From an uncultured Chloroflexia bacterium (lineage in GTDB: Bacteria > Chloroflexota > Limnocylindria > Limnocylindrales > CSP1-4), in contig CAVSHH010000008.1 in assembly GCA_963727585.1 (NCBI GenBank), forward strand, positions 6,134 through 70,133: 64,000 bases of DNA, written 5' to 3'. Made by a program: the position numbers and the translations under genes. Every line of letters begins with the position of its first letter. Within the stretch, counting starts at the first letter, position 1. Below are positions 38,152 to 48,457 of this stretch, piece by piece. The notes under the pieces are model-generated. The model was not told the origin of the DNA. It was given only the letters and a program-made list of their open reading frames with translations, and searched no databases.

Positions 38152-39886
38152 CACCCTCATCGAGACCCTGGTGGACTGGGGTGTGGACACGATCTTCGGC
38201 CTGCCGGGCGACGGCATCAACGGTCTCATGGAGGCGCTGCGGACCCACCAGGACGAGATCCGCTTCGTGCAGGTCCGCCACGAGGAGTCCGCAGCATTCG
38301 CCGCCACGGCCTACGCCAAGTTCACCGGCCGTCTCGGGGTCTGCCTGGCCACCTCCGGGCCCGGCGGCCTGCACCTGCTCAACGGCCTGTACGACGCGAA
38401 GCTCGACGGCGCGCCGGTGCTCGCCATCACCGGTCACCACTTCAGCGACCTCATCGACACCCATGCCCAGCAGGATGTCGACCTGACCCGGGTGTTCGAG
38501 GACGTGGCCGTCTACAACACCCGGATCATGAACCCGGCCCACGTCGCCAACGTCGTGCCGCTGGCCTGCCGCACGGCGCTGGCGCGCCGCGGCGTCGCGC
38601 ATGTCTGCTTCCCCACCGACCTGCAGGGGCTCGATGCCGATGATGGCCCGCGTTCCAAGCGCGACAAGCCAGGACGTGAGACTGCCCAGTTCGCCTTGCC
38701 GGGCGGACGTCCCAAGGACACCGACCTGCGGGCCGCGGCCGACGTGCTGAGCGGAGGGTCGAAGACCGCCATCCTGGCCGGGGCCGGAGCGCTCGGCGCC
38801 GGGCACCTCGTGGAGCGCATCGCGGATGCGCTGGCGGCCCCGATCGTGGTGCCGCTGCTGGGCAAGGGGGTCGTTCCCGACATGAGCCCGTTCGCGACCG
38901 GCGGCATCGGCCTGCTGGGCACGGGCCCCTCGGAGGAGGCGCTCGCGGAGTGCGACACGCTGCTGATCGTCGGCAGCTCGTTCCCGTACATCGAGTACTA
39001 CCCCAAGCCGGGCAAGGCCAAGGCGGTCCAGGTGGACGTGGATCCCACCCGGATCTCGCTGCGCTATCCCGTCGAGGTTGGCCTCGTCGGGGACGCCCGG
39101 GAGACCTTGGAGGCGCTGCTGCCCCTGCTTCGCCGACGCGACGACCGCTCGTTCCTGGAGAAGGCACAGGACGGGATGCGGGACTGGTGGTCGACCATGG
39201 ATGAGCGCGCCGGCCGTGACGACCGGCCGATGAAGCCCCAGGTTGTCGCTGCGTCCGTCGACAAGGCGCTGACCGACGACGCGATCGTGGTCTCGGACTC
39301 GGGGACCATCACGACCTGGTTCGCGCGCCACATCCGGGCCCGGGCCAACCAGCGCTTCTCGCTGTCGGGCAACCTGGCCACGATGGCCTGCGGGCTGCCC
39401 TACGCGATCGGTGCCCAGACGGCATTCCCGGACCGGCAGGTGGTCGCGTTCGTGGGCGACGGCGGGTTCAGCATGCTGATGGCCGACTTCGTGACCGCCG
39501 TGAAGCATGAGCTGCCCATCAAGGTGGTGGTGATCAAGAACGACACCCTGGGCCAGATCAAGTGGGAGCAGATGGTGCTGGAGGGCAACCCCGAGTTCGG
39601 GGTCGCGCTCCATCCGATCGACTTCGTCAAGGTCGCCGAGGCCTGCGGTGGGACCGGGGTCCACATCGATGACCCCGCCGCCTGCCCGGACCAGGTGTCG
39701 GCGGCCCTGTCCACGCCGGGGCCGGTGCTGATCGAGGCCGTGGTGGACCCGCTCGAGGCGCCCATGCCGGCCAAGATCAAGCTGGACCAGGCCCGCAAGT
39801 TCGCCACCTCGCTCGCGCGCGGCGAGCCGCAACGGGTCGAGATCGCGGTCAACGCCCTGGGCGAGCGGGTGCGCGAGCTGGTCTGA
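38132..39886 (+). CDS. TPP-dependent pyruvate oxidase/dehydrogenase (PoxB-like)
   Basis: GLPGDGIN, VRHEE, GPGGLHLLNGLYDAK, GDGGFSM, KWEQM. Confidence 0.9.
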   Translation: MASTAADTLIETLVDWGVDTIFGLPGDGINGLMEALRTHQDEIRFVQVRHEESAAFAATAYAKFTGRLGVCLATSGPGGLHLLNGLYDAKLDGAPVLAITGHHFSDLIDTHAQQDVDLTRVFEDVAVYNTRIMNPAHVANVVPLACRTALARRGVAHVCFPTDLQGLDADDGPRSKRDKPGRETAQFALPGGRPKDTDLRAAADVLSGGSKTAILAGAGALGAGHLVERIADALAAPIVVPLLGKGVVPDMSPFATGGIGLLGTGPSEEALAECDTLLIVGSSFPYIEYYPKPGKAKAVQVDVDPTRISLRYPVEVGLVGDARETLEALLPLLRRRDDRSFLEKAQDGMRDWWSTMDERAGRDDRPMKPQVVAASVDKALTDDAIVVSDSGTITTWFARHIRARANQRFSLSGNLATMACGLPYAIGAQTAFPDRQVVAFVGDGGFSMLMADFVTAVKHELPIKVVVIKNDTLGQIKWEQMVLEGNPEFGVALHPIDFVKVAEACGGTGVHIDDPAACPDQVSAALSTPGPVLIEAVVDPLEAPMPAKIKLDQARKFATSLARGEPQRVEIAVNALGERVRELV

Positions 39887-40052
39887 CGGCCCCGGACGCC
39901 GGGCCGCCACGGGACTCGGGGTCGGACACGACGCCGCAATGCTCGCTCGCATCTCGCCGCCGGCGGGCGGCTGATTGTAACCGCAGGATCACGGCCGGCG
40001 TCCCGCCCGACGACGCCCCGGCCGCGCCGGCGATCGTGATGCGCTAGCGTTC

Positions 40053-41612
40053 ATGCCGATGCGACCCCACCTCCGCGTCCTTTCCGACGACCTGATCGCC
40101 CAGATCCTCGATGAGGCCAAGCGCGTGCTGGCCGAGACCGGGATGGAGATCCGCGGGCCCGGGATGCGCCGGCGCCTGCTCGATGCCGGCCTGCCCACCA
40201 GCGCGGCTGGCGACCGCATCCTGTTCCCGCGCGATGTGGTCGAACGCGCCATCGCCACGGCGCCCGGCTCGTTCACCCTGTTCGACCGGGACGGCAGCCC
40301 GCACGCCGAGCTCGGGGGCGACCGGGTTCACTTCGTGCCCGGCTCGTCAGGTCTCAAGTGGCTCGACCACCGGACCGGCGACATCCGCCTCGCCAACTCC
40401 ACCGACTTCGTGGAGTACGTGCGCCTGGCCGATGGGCTCGACCACATCGCCTACCTCGCCACCGCCTTCTCGACGAACGACGACATCGAGCCTCAGGTCT
40501 CCGATGCGTGGCGCCTGTTCATGGTCCTCGCCAACACCAAGCGTCCCGTCGTCTCTGGCGCCTTCACCGAGCACGGCGTGCCGCGGATGGTGGAGCTGAT
40601 GCAGCTGTTCCGCGCCGACCGGGCCGACCTGGTCTCCCGCCCGATGTCGATCTTCACCATCACGGCGACCGGCAACTTCCGCTATTCCGAGGACTCCTGC
40701 CAGAACCTGATCGACTGCGTCGAGGCGGGCATCCCGGTCGAGATCGTGCCCGTCACCCTGATGGGCCTGGTCGCCCCGGTGACCACCGTGGGTGCCACGG
40801 TGTTCCATACCGCGGACGTGCTCGCCGGGATCACCATGGCCCAGGTCATCCGTCCGGGGGCGCCCGTCCTGTTCGGCGGTGCCCCAGCCACCTTCCACAT
40901 GAAGGTCGCCAGCTCGCCGATGGCCGCGATCGAGGCCTTCCAGCTCGACGCCGCTTACGTGGCCGTGGCCAAGGCGCTGGGTCTGCCGAGCCAGTCGTAC
41001 ATGGCGCTCTCCGACGGCCCGATCCTCGACGCGCAGGCCGGCGCGGAGACCTTCGGCAGCGCGCTGATCGCGGCCCTCGCCGGGGTCAACAGCGTGAGCG
41101 GTCCGGGGATGCTGGACTTCCTGCTCGTGTTCAGCCTGGCCAAGCTCGTGTTCGACGACGAGATGTGCGGCCAGGCCTTGCGCTTCGTCCGAGAGATCCG
41201 GGTCCTGGACGACCTGCCTGTTCGTGCCCTGGTGGACAAGCTGATGGTGGACCAGCACCTGATCATGGCCGACCACACCACGGCCCACTGGCCGACCGAG
41301 CTCCACCTGCCGTCCCCGGTGGTGATGCGCGACAACCGCGAGGGCTGGCTCCGGGCCGGAGGCAAGGACGCCTACCAGCGCGCCTGCGACGAGGTGGACC
41401 GGCGCCTGGCCGCCTACCGCCCGGTCGAGACCGACCCCCGGGCTCTGCAGGAGATGGAGCGGATCATCAGGAGCGGTCTCGAGGACCAGGCGGAGCTGCC
41501 GGTGCTGCCGCCCGGCCCGGATCCGGGAGCCGCCGCCTCCAGCCCGGCCGAGCCGCCGACCGAGGGGCCGGGGCGCGGCCGGCGCGTGAACGCGAGGCGC
41601 CAGCGCCGCTGA
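40053..41612 (+). CDS. Trimethylamine methyltransferase (MttB) family, non-pyrrolysine
   Basis: [37 protein letters not shown]; no internal TAG. Confidence 0.88.
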   Translation: MPMRPHLRVLSDDLIAQILDEAKRVLAETGMEIRGPGMRRRLLDAGLPTSAAGDRILFPRDVVERAIATAPGSFTLFDRDGSPHAELGGDRVHFVPGSSGLKWLDHRTGDIRLANSTDFVEYVRLADGLDHIAYLATAFSTNDDIEPQVSDAWRLFMVLANTKRPVVSGAFTEHGVPRMVELMQLFRADRADLVSRPMSIFTITATGNFRYSEDSCQNLIDCVEAGIPVEIVPVTLMGLVAPVTTVGATVFHTADVLAGITMAQVIRPGAPVLFGGAPATFHMKVASSPMAAIEAFQLDAAYVAVAKALGLPSQSYMALSDGPILDAQAGAETFGSALIAALAGVNSVSGPGMLDFLLVFSLAKLVFDDEMCGQALRFVREIRVLDDLPVRALVDKLMVDQHLIMADHTTAHWPTELHLPSPVVMRDNREGWLRAGGKDAYQRACDEVDRRLAAYRPVETDPRALQEMERIIRSGLEDQAELPVLPPGPDPGAAASSPAEPPTEGPGRGRRVNARRQRR

Positions 41613-41658
41613 CCGCGGCGCAGGTTCCCCACCCAACGGCGACGACGCCCGCTCCACG

Positions 41659-42171
41659 TCACGCCGCCTCAGCGGCGGCGGCCTCGGCCCGTCCGGTCAC
41701 CCGCCGGAACCGCAGCGCCGTGTCGATGCGCAACAGCCGGAACATCGGCTGGTCCGACCCGGCAAACCGCCCGGCCACGGAGGCCATCGGGACGAGCTCC
41801 GGGCGGTCCACCTCGACGATCTCGCCCTCGTGAACCAGCGCCGCGCCCCCCGCATCGAGCACGTTCCGCAGCCAGCTCGTCCGGTCGCCATATGGGAGCG
41901 CGATCAGGAAGCCGTCCCCGTCGGCGACGATGTCGACCGGGGTCTGGTACGCGTTCCCCGAGCGCCGCCCCACGTGCCGGACGATCCCGGTCCCCACGCC
42001 CGGGCGGCCCGCGGTCTGCAGCTGGCGCGGATTCACGAGGCGCGTGCTGAACCACACGATGGGGCGGAACACGAGCGGCGACCGGGCTCGCCAGCCGAGG
42101 ATCAGGAGCACGGCGAGGGCGGCCAGCGAGGCAACGACCCCGACGACGATGGTGACGATCAGGCCCAACAA
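41659..42171 (-). CDS. Deazaflavin (F420)-dependent nitroreductase family protein
   Basis: HVGRRSG.AYQTPV, IALPYG..TSWLRNV; N-terminal TM. Confidence 0.85.
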   Translation of the reverse strand: MLGLIVTIVVGVVASLAALAVLLILGWRARSPLVFRPIVWFSTRLVNPRQLQTAGRPGVGTGIVRHVGRRSGNAYQTPVDIVADGDGFLIALPYGDRTSWLRNVLDAGGAALVHEGEIVEVDRPELVPMASVAGRFAGSDQPMFRLLRIDTALRFRRVTGRAEAAAAEAA

Positions 42172-42190
42172 TGTCGAGCTCCTCTCAAGA

Positions 42191-42238
42191 TTACACCGTA
42201 AGCCATGGTTTACGGCGTAATCCTAGGTTACACTGTAA
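42191..42238. promoter_or_regulatory. Three TTAC-N3-GTAA palindromes, probable TetR operators
   Basis: TTACACCGTAA 42191-42201, TTACGGCGTAA 42210-42220, TTACACTGTAA 42228-42238 in an AT-rich divergent spacer. Confidence 0.8.
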
Positions 42239-42271
42239 GCCCTGTCAAGCCCACCGTGGCGGAGGACCTGG

Positions 42272-42922
42272 ATGCCCACAGCCCGTGGCCGGCGGCCACT
42301 GAGCCGGGATCGCGTGCTGAAGGCCGCGATCGACCTTGCCGACGCGGAGGGCATCGCTGCCCTCTCCATGCGCCGCCTGGGGCAGGAGCTCCGCGTCGAG
42401 GCGATGTCGCTGTACAAGCATGTCTCGGGCAAGGAGGAGATCCTCGACGGCATCACCGAGCTGGTGATGGCCGAGGTGGACGTTCCGTCGGCCGCCCTCC
42501 CGTGGCGCGAGTCGGTGCGCCGGGCGGCCACCTCGCTGCATCGGGCGCTGCTCCGGCATCCGTGGGCAGGTGCCGTGCTCGAGTCGCGCGTCCATCCCGG
42601 CCCGGCTCGCCTTCGCTACCTCGATGCCATGATCGGCGTCCTGCGCACGGCCGGCTTCTCGCTCCCGGATGTGACGCGCGCCTTCCTGGCCATCGACTCG
42701 ATCGTGTATGGCCACGCGCTGCAGCTGGCAAGCCTGCCGTACGGTGAGGAGGCGGCCCCGGATGCGGCGGCCGCGCTGGCCCAGGCGCCGGTCGCCCAGG
42801 CCTTCCCCAACCTCGTCGCCATGGCGGAGATGGCGATGGGCGGTCCCGTCCCGACAGACCTGGACTTCGGCCTCGACCTGGTGCTCGACGGGCTGGAGCG
42901 CCATCTCGCTGCGAACCGCTGA
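42272..42922 (+). CDS. TetR family regulator (TetR_C type)
   Basis: LSMRRLGQELRVEAMSLYKHV HTH; FGLDLVLDGL end. Confidence 0.93.
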   Translation: MPTARGRRPLSRDRVLKAAIDLADAEGIAALSMRRLGQELRVEAMSLYKHVSGKEEILDGITELVMAEVDVPSAALPWRESVRRAATSLHRALLRHPWAGAVLESRVHPGPARLRYLDAMIGVLRTAGFSLPDVTRAFLAIDSIVYGHALQLASLPYGEEAAPDAAAALAQAPVAQAFPNLVAMAEMAMGGPVPTDLDFGLDLVLDGLERHLAANR

Positions 42923-42988
42923 CCGCCATCGGGCGTACGGTGGCAACTCGAGCCGGCGGCGCCGACGTGCGCTGCGCCCGGCTCGTGC

Positions 42989-43339
42989 GTGAATGGGGGT
43001 GTGGTCATCGCCGTGTCCGCCCAGGTGAGCGTCGAGGCGCAGTACGCCGATGCGTACGAAGCGCCGTGGCGCGACCTGTTCCGCGAGCCACAGCTACGAG
43101 GAGGCCGCGGCCCTCCTGGGCACCACTCCCGGTGCCCCACGGGCAGCCGCCAGCCGCGCAACGGCGACCACGTAACGGCCGTGATCTGGCCGTTCGGCTG
43201 GTCTGGGCGTCGTTCGGCAGAGGGTGCCGCGCTGGTGACCGCGACCGGTCGCGTCGTCGGGCGGATCGGGGACACGTTTGAGTCCGGGGGCGGACCTGCC
43301 GGTCACGGGTTGTTCGCCGTGTGCGGACTCCCGGACTGA
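42989..43339 (+). other. Possible gene remnant or hypothetical ORF
   Basis: Only the C-terminal half (VIWPFGW...GRVVGRIGD...GGG...AVCG) looks protein-like. Confidence 0.25.
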
Positions 43340-43582
43340 TGCCTCGCCGGCATTGCCCCGGGCCGGGAACGGGCGCTGCGGACCCTCGCGGGCATCAACT
43401 GTCGCGTCTCGGGCGCCAATCGGGCTCCAGCGGGCCCGCTTGATGCCTGCCAAGGATCGGGGCGACGGCCGATGGCGCGCGCCAATCCCTGGCGGGCATC
43501 GGACCGTGGGCCCGCGCGGGCGTGACGTCCATGGCGAACGTCACCGGGACCGTGGGCGGGATGCCGAGGCGTGCCGCCAGCG

Positions 43583-43807
43583 CTACCTGCGCGGCGGCGG
43601 CACCTTCTCCAGGATCAGCGCCTTCATCGGGCAGCAGTCAACCGCCCGCTGTGCGTCCTTGAGCAGGTCGCCCGGAACGGTGCCTGGCCGGACAATCGGG
43701 TAACGCCATTCGTCGAGGTCGATCAGCTCGGGCAGCATGTCGCTGCAGGTCCCGTAGCCGTCGCACTTGATCCAGTCGACGCGCAGGCGCCGCTCGGCAC
43801 GGGCCAT
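43583..43807 (-). CDS. Ferredoxin (single cluster)
   Basis: VDWIKCDGYGTC...AVDCCPMKAL; coupled to the upstream gene. Confidence 0.88.
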   Translation of the reverse strand: MARAERRLRVDWIKCDGYGTCSDMLPELIDLDEWRYPIVRPGTVPGDLLKDAQRAVDCCPMKALILEKVPPPRR

Positions 43808-45090
43808 CAGCGCAGCCCCCACCGGGTGACCGAGCAGCGGCGCGTGCGCGCGTGGTAGGCGAGCTCGTCGCCAAAGGTGTGGAGCGCGCTGGCCATCAGC
43901 TGCATCGCGCCGTCGGGGTGGTGGCAGGCGCCGCGACCGGGGATCTGCCCGACCCATCGAACCAGGTTGTCCAGGTCCAGCTCGCTGCCCGCCCCGTGGG
44001 CCAACTTGCGCAGCGCCTCGGCTACAGCGGCGAGGCCGTACACGCAGGGGCCACACTGGCCGGCACTCTCGCGGGCCATGAAGCCCATGATCTCGGCCGT
44101 GGCGCCGACCCCGCACATCGAGGTGCCCATGCCGCCGATGATGCCGCAGCCAAAGGTGAGCCCGAGCCGCTTCATCTCGACCGGGTCCAGCGGCAGGTCC
44201 CACGCCGTGTCGACATCGGTCCAGGTGCCGAAGTAGCCGCCCAGCACGACGGCCGACAGGTCGTCGCGGCGCCCACCCGCGGCCTCGATCACCTCGCCCA
44301 GCGGCGTCCCCAGCTCGATCTCACGGACACCCTGCTCGCGAACCGGCCCCGTCACCGTGACCAGGGCCGTCCCCGGGGTCGACAGCCGCCCCGCGGACCG
44401 GTACCAGCCGTCGCCGTAGCGGGCGACGAGCGCCGCCATGGCCAGGCTCTCCACGTTCTGGACCAGGGTCGGGCGGCCATCGATGCCGTTCTCGGACATG
44501 CGCGGTGGGGTCGTCACGGGACGGGCATCCGCGGCATTGACATAGTGGACGGCGGCCGAGGCTTCGCCGGCGATGTAGCCGATGGGCGCCTTGACCAACC
44601 GCATCGGGCGGCGGATCTGCGCCCGGCGCTCGATCATCGCCCGGCCCATCGCCGCGACGGACGCCTCGTGCTCCTCGCCCACGTAGACCACGATCTCGTC
44701 CGCGCCCACGGCCTCCGCCGCGAGCGCCGCGCCGTCGAGCACAAGGTGTGGCCGGCGCTCCATGAGCGTCCTGTCCTTGTGGCTGGGCGGCTCGCCCTCG
44801 GCGCCGTTCACGAGCAGCACGGCACGTCCGCTGGTGCGGCTCGCCATGGCCCGCCACTTGCGCCCCACCGGGAAGCCGGCGCCGCCGCGGCCGAGCAGGC
44901 CGCTGGCCTCGATCGTCGCGATGACGTCACCGTTCTCGTAGGCGGACGGGAGCCGTCCCAGGCGGTCAAGGTGGGCGTCGTAGGACTCGGCAGGGCCGGT
45001 GAGGGCCGGGCCGGAGAGCAGGCGAGGGGCGGTGGCGTACGTGATCAACGAGGCTCCGATCGGGTCGCTGGGTCGGCGATGCTCATTCAT
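43807..45090 (-). CDS. NuoF-like FMN/4Fe-4S oxidoreductase (stand-alone)
   Basis: GRGGAGFP, NGAEGEP, YIAGEAS, NVES, ESAGQCGPC, GACHHPDG. Confidence 0.9.
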   Translation of the reverse strand: MNEHRRPSDPIGASLITYATAPRLLSGPALTGPAESYDAHLDRLGRLPSAYENGDVIATIEASGLLGRGGAGFPVGRKWRAMASRTSGRAVLLVNGAEGEPPSHKDRTLMERRPHLVLDGAALAAEAVGADEIVVYVGEEHEASVAAMGRAMIERRAQIRRPMRLVKAPIGYIAGEASAAVHYVNAADARPVTTPPRMSENGIDGRPTLVQNVESLAMAALVARYGDGWYRSAGRLSTPGTALVTVTGPVREQGVREIELGTPLGEVIEAAGGRRDDLSAVVLGGYFGTWTDVDTAWDLPLDPVEMKRLGLTFGCGIIGGMGTSMCGVGATAEIMGFMARESAGQCGPCVYGLAAVAEALRKLAHGAGSELDLDNLVRWVGQIPGRGACHHPDGAMQLMASALHTFGDELAYHARTRRCSVTRWGLR

Positions 45091-45159
45091 CTGAGCATCG
45101 AAGCCCCTCGGAGGTTTCCTGATGGGCGTGTGAATTCGCCCATCTCCCGCCCGATGGGA

Positions 45160-46416
45160 TCAGCCGAGCTCCGCCCGCAGCTCCTCGATCGCCCACTCGA
45201 GGTCGGTGCGCTCGATCACGATCGGCGGGGCGAGGCGAATGGTCGATCCGTGGGTGTCCTTGGCCAGGATGCCGCGAGGCAGCAAGCCCTCGCACACATC
45301 GCGCCCGGTCCGGTCCACGATGTCGAGGCCGGCCCACAGCCCGCGGGTCCGGACGGAGGCCACCCGCTCCGGCGGCAGGCTCGCGAGACCCGCGGCGAGG
45401 ACCGTGCCGAGCTCGGCGGCCCGCGACTGCCACTCGCCGGTGGCCAGCATCCGGACGACCTCGATCCCCACGGCGCAGGCGAGGGGGTTGCCGCCGAAGG
45501 TGCTGCCGTGCTGCCCGGGCCCGATCACGTCCATCACGTCCGAGCGGCCGACCACGGCCGACACCGGGAGGATCCCGCCGCCAAGCGCCTTGCCCAGGAT
45601 GTAGACATCCGGGACGACGTCCTCGTGGTCGCACGCGAACGTCCGCCCCGTGCGCCCCAGCCCCGACTGGATCTCGTCGGCGAGCATCAACACCTTGCGA
45701 TCGGTGCACAGCCGGCGCACGGCACGCAGGTAGCCGTCGGGCGGCAGGATCACGCCGCCCTCGCCCTGGACCGGCTCCAGCAGGACCGCGACTGTGTCGT
45801 CGTCGATGGCCGCCTCGAGCGCCGCGGCGTCGCCGAACGGCACCCGGACGAACCCCGGCGTGTACGGCCCGAACCCGGCCCGGGCGGACGGGTCGTCGCT
45901 GAAGCTGACGATGGTCGTGGTGCGACCATGGAAGTTGCCGCCCATGACGATGATCCGCGCCCGACCCTCGGCGACGCCCCGGCGCTCCGTCCCCCACTTG
46001 CGGGCGAGCTTGATAGCGGTCTCCACGGCCTCTGCGCCGGTGTTCATGGGCAGCACCGCGTCCATCCCGCACAGCGCCGCCAGCTCGCGGGCGAAGGTGC
46101 CCAGGAGATCGTTGTGGAACGCACGGCTGGTCAGCGTCAGCCGTCCCAGCTGCCGCTCGGCGGCGGCGACGAGACGCGGGTGCCGGTGTCCGAAGTTGAG
46201 CGCCGAGTAGCCGGCCAGCAGGTCGAGGTAGCGACGCCCCTCCACGTCCCGCACCCACGCACCTTCGCCGCTTGCCAGCACGACCGGCAGCGGATGGTAG
46301 TTGTGGGCGAGGTGGGCGTCGGCGGCGGCGATCGCGTCAGGGGTGGCGACCGCGTCGGCCGTGGTGCCGGCACCGGTCATGGTGCGGCCGGTTGTGGACG
46401 CGGAGGGGATCGTCAT
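45160..46416 (-). CDS. rocD: Ornithine aminotransferase
   Basis: AHNYHPLPVV, YSALNFGH, MNTGAEAVE, FHGRT, EPVQGEGG, DEIQSGLGRTG, GKALGGG, HGSTFGGNPL. Confidence 0.92.
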   Translation of the reverse strand: MTIPSASTTGRTMTGAGTTADAVATPDAIAAADAHLAHNYHPLPVVLASGEGAWVRDVEGRRYLDLLAGYSALNFGHRHPRLVAAAERQLGRLTLTSRAFHNDLLGTFARELAALCGMDAVLPMNTGAEAVETAIKLARKWGTERRGVAEGRARIIVMGGNFHGRTTTIVSFSDDPSARAGFGPYTPGFVRVPFGDAAALEAAIDDDTVAVLLEPVQGEGGVILPPDGYLRAVRRLCTDRKVLMLADEIQSGLGRTGRTFACDHEDVVPDVYILGKALGGGILPVSAVVGRSDVMDVIGPGQHGSTFGGNPLACAVGIEVVRMLATGEWQSRAAELGTVLAAGLASLPPERVASVRTRGLWAGLDIVDRTGRDVCEGLLPRGILAKDTHGSTIRLAPPIVIERTDLEWAIEELRAELG

Positions 46417-46710
46417 CGGAGCAGGTCCTCGGGTGCGCGGCGCCGGACGCATTCGTGGGCGGGCCGCGCCGGGCGCGGGAGCGACGACGATGGTCGCACG
46501 CCGGACAATCTTCGCGCGGCGCCAGGGCGGCCCACAGGGCCGGAGGGCACGGCCGCTCGGGCCCGGCAGGGTCCGCCCGACAGCGGGGCAGGGGTCACGC
46601 TGGAGGGAATCGGTTCCGCGGCTGCGACAGCAGCCTGGAGGGCCCTTCCGGCACCGCCGGCATCGCATCCGGCAGCATCGCTGCAGCGAACAGGACCGCG
46701 GGGAGAGACC

Positions 46711-47389
46711 GTGAGGGGAAGGAGCGCGCCATGGACGACGGCGAGCGGCTCCAGGACGTCGCTGCTCCTCGCCGGTGTGGCGGCCGTGATCGCCTTGGTC
46801 GCCGGCTTTTGCAGTCGCCGGGCCGGATTCCGGCCAGCCGCCGCCACCCAGCGCGGATCCGACCACCCTGCCGGCTGCGATCCGGATCGCCGACGCCCTG
46901 CCCGCGGCCACCCCGACGATCGCTGCAGCCAGCCCGGCGATCATGGACCCGGGCACAGCCACCGATGCGGCAGCGCGCACGACGCCGGCGGGCTCGAGCG
47001 CCTTCCTGGCGGGCTTCGACCCTGCCACCGTGCTCCGGGGCGTGCCGTTGGGTCGTGAGTGCCGGGTGGAGACCCCGCGCGAGAAGGTGGTGCCGCGGAC
47101 CCGTCGCGATGGCCCGCGCCTGACCCTCCAGCGCTCGTGGATCGCGTGGTGCCCGATCGCGGTCGGCGATCGCCAGGCCTACCTCGTGCGGCTGTTCGGC
47201 GAACTCGCCCGGGTCGCACCGGCAGACACGTACGGATACAGCGCGGACGGATCGGACGGAGGCGACGCGCTGCTGCCCTACGCGGAACCGCACCTGGCCG
47301 GCACCGTCTCGGTGGTCGCCGGTTCCGCCGCGAAGGGGCTGGCGGTCGCCATCGTGGTCGAGGAATGGTCGGTGTCGACGGCGCGCTGA
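46711..47389 (+). pseudogene. Membrane-anchored hypothetical protein split by a +1 frameshift at TTTT 46807-46810
   Basis: Removing one T fuses the TM segment (LLLAGVAAVIALVAGF) to AVAGPDSG...MDPGTATD (ORF 46943-47389). Confidence 0.55.
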
Positions 47390-47477
47390 CCGGGTTCGCG
47401 GTCGTGCAGCGCGACAGGCCCGGCTGAGGCTGCGCCGGCGGCGCATGCTTGGCCCGGCAGCGACGAAGGAGACCGCC

Positions 47478-48275
47478 ATGGGCATCGAGTACCAGAAGGA
47501 CGGCCCGATCGCCACGTTTACCCTGGCCAACGGCACGGTGAACCCGATCACCCAAGCCATGTTCCGTGACCTCCACCGGGTGATGCTCGATTTCCAGGCC
47601 GATCCCGGTCTGCGGGTGGGAATCCTGACCGGGGCCGGCGATCGGGCGTTCAGCGCCGGAGACGACATCAAGGCCGAGTCGCCCTCGTCGGGTGACGCCG
47701 TCACCGACCTGCTGGGCGCCATGGGCCCGGGGCCGGTTCCTCCGGACGCGCCCGACCCACTGGGCTACGACCCCGCCGACGGCCTGCTGCGGATGGATCG
47801 CACGAAACCGATGATCGGTGCGGTCCGTGGTTGGTGCCTGGGCCGTGCCCTGTTCCTCCTGCTGCGCCTGACGGACATCCGCGTCGCCGCCTCCGACGCG
47901 CGCTTCGGCCTGCCCGAGATCGCCTACGGGATGGGCGGGATCGCGGGAACGATGCGCCTGACCCAGCTGCTGCCTGCCACCGCCGCCTGGGAGCTCGCGC
48001 TGACGGGCGAGCCCATCGATTCGACGGAGGCGTTGCGGATCCACCTCGTCAACCGGGTCGTGGAGGCTGATGCCCTCATGGACGAGGCCCACCGGCTCGC
48101 AGGGCTGATCGCCCGGCATCCGCCACTCGCCATCCGGACGGAGATGGAGGCGCTTCGGCGCTCGGCGGGCATGACCGCCGACGATGCCTACGCGCTGGGG
48201 ATGAGCCTGTACCGGCAGCAGCGGTACGCGATCGGCGAACCGGACGCGCAGGACACCTTCCTGTACGAGCGCTAG
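47478..48275 (+). CDS. Enoyl-CoA hydratase/isomerase (crotonase) family
   Basis: AFSAGDDI, KPMIGAVRG, ARFGLPEI, LTGEPI; AAGGAG RBS. Confidence 0.9.
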   Translation: MGIEYQKDGPIATFTLANGTVNPITQAMFRDLHRVMLDFQADPGLRVGILTGAGDRAFSAGDDIKAESPSSGDAVTDLLGAMGPGPVPPDAPDPLGYDPADGLLRMDRTKPMIGAVRGWCLGRALFLLLRLTDIRVAASDARFGLPEIAYGMGGIAGTMRLTQLLPATAAWELALTGEPIDSTEALRIHLVNRVVEADALMDEAHRLAGLIARHPPLAIRTEMEALRRSAGMTADDAYALGMSLYRQQRYAIGEPDAQDTFLYER

Positions 48276-48307
48276 CGGCGGACGACCGCCGGCGCCGGAC
48301 ATGGAAG

Positions 48308-48344
48308 GCGGCTCCTCCAGGTCGGGGAAGCCCAGAGGAGCCGC
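48308..48344. terminator. 10-bp stem hairpin between convergent genes
   Basis: GCGGCTCCTC...GAGGAGCCGC. Confidence 0.5.
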
Positions 48345-48346
48345 TG

Positions 48347-48454
48347 GTCGAGAAGCGTATTCAGATCCGGGGCCAGCTGGAGCCCGGGTTCCACATCGCC
48401 GAGGCATCCGGCACCCGGATCGTTTCGGGCCGGGGATGAGAAGCCTCTCGCGAC
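48347..48454 (-). ncRNA. Candidate rod-shaped small RNA
   Basis: End-to-end pairing GTCGCGAGAGGC/GCTTCTCGAC, inner 13-bp helix, asymmetric bubble, G-U pairs on minus strand, TAGAGT -10-like box at 48455-48460. Confidence 0.4.
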
Positions 48455-48457
48455 ACT

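Noticed and set aside
40053-41612. Pyrrolysine recoding in MttB
   Set aside because: The ORF is uninterrupted, with no in-frame TAG.
43852-47058. 1068-aa plus-strand ORF
   Set aside because: Antisense shadow of the nuoF-like and rocD genes; no motifs; typical of high-GC DNA.
48317-48340. SRP (4.5S) RNA
   Set aside because: CAGGTCGGGGAAG does not match the conserved CAGG-CC-GNAA-GG-AGCAG domain IV.
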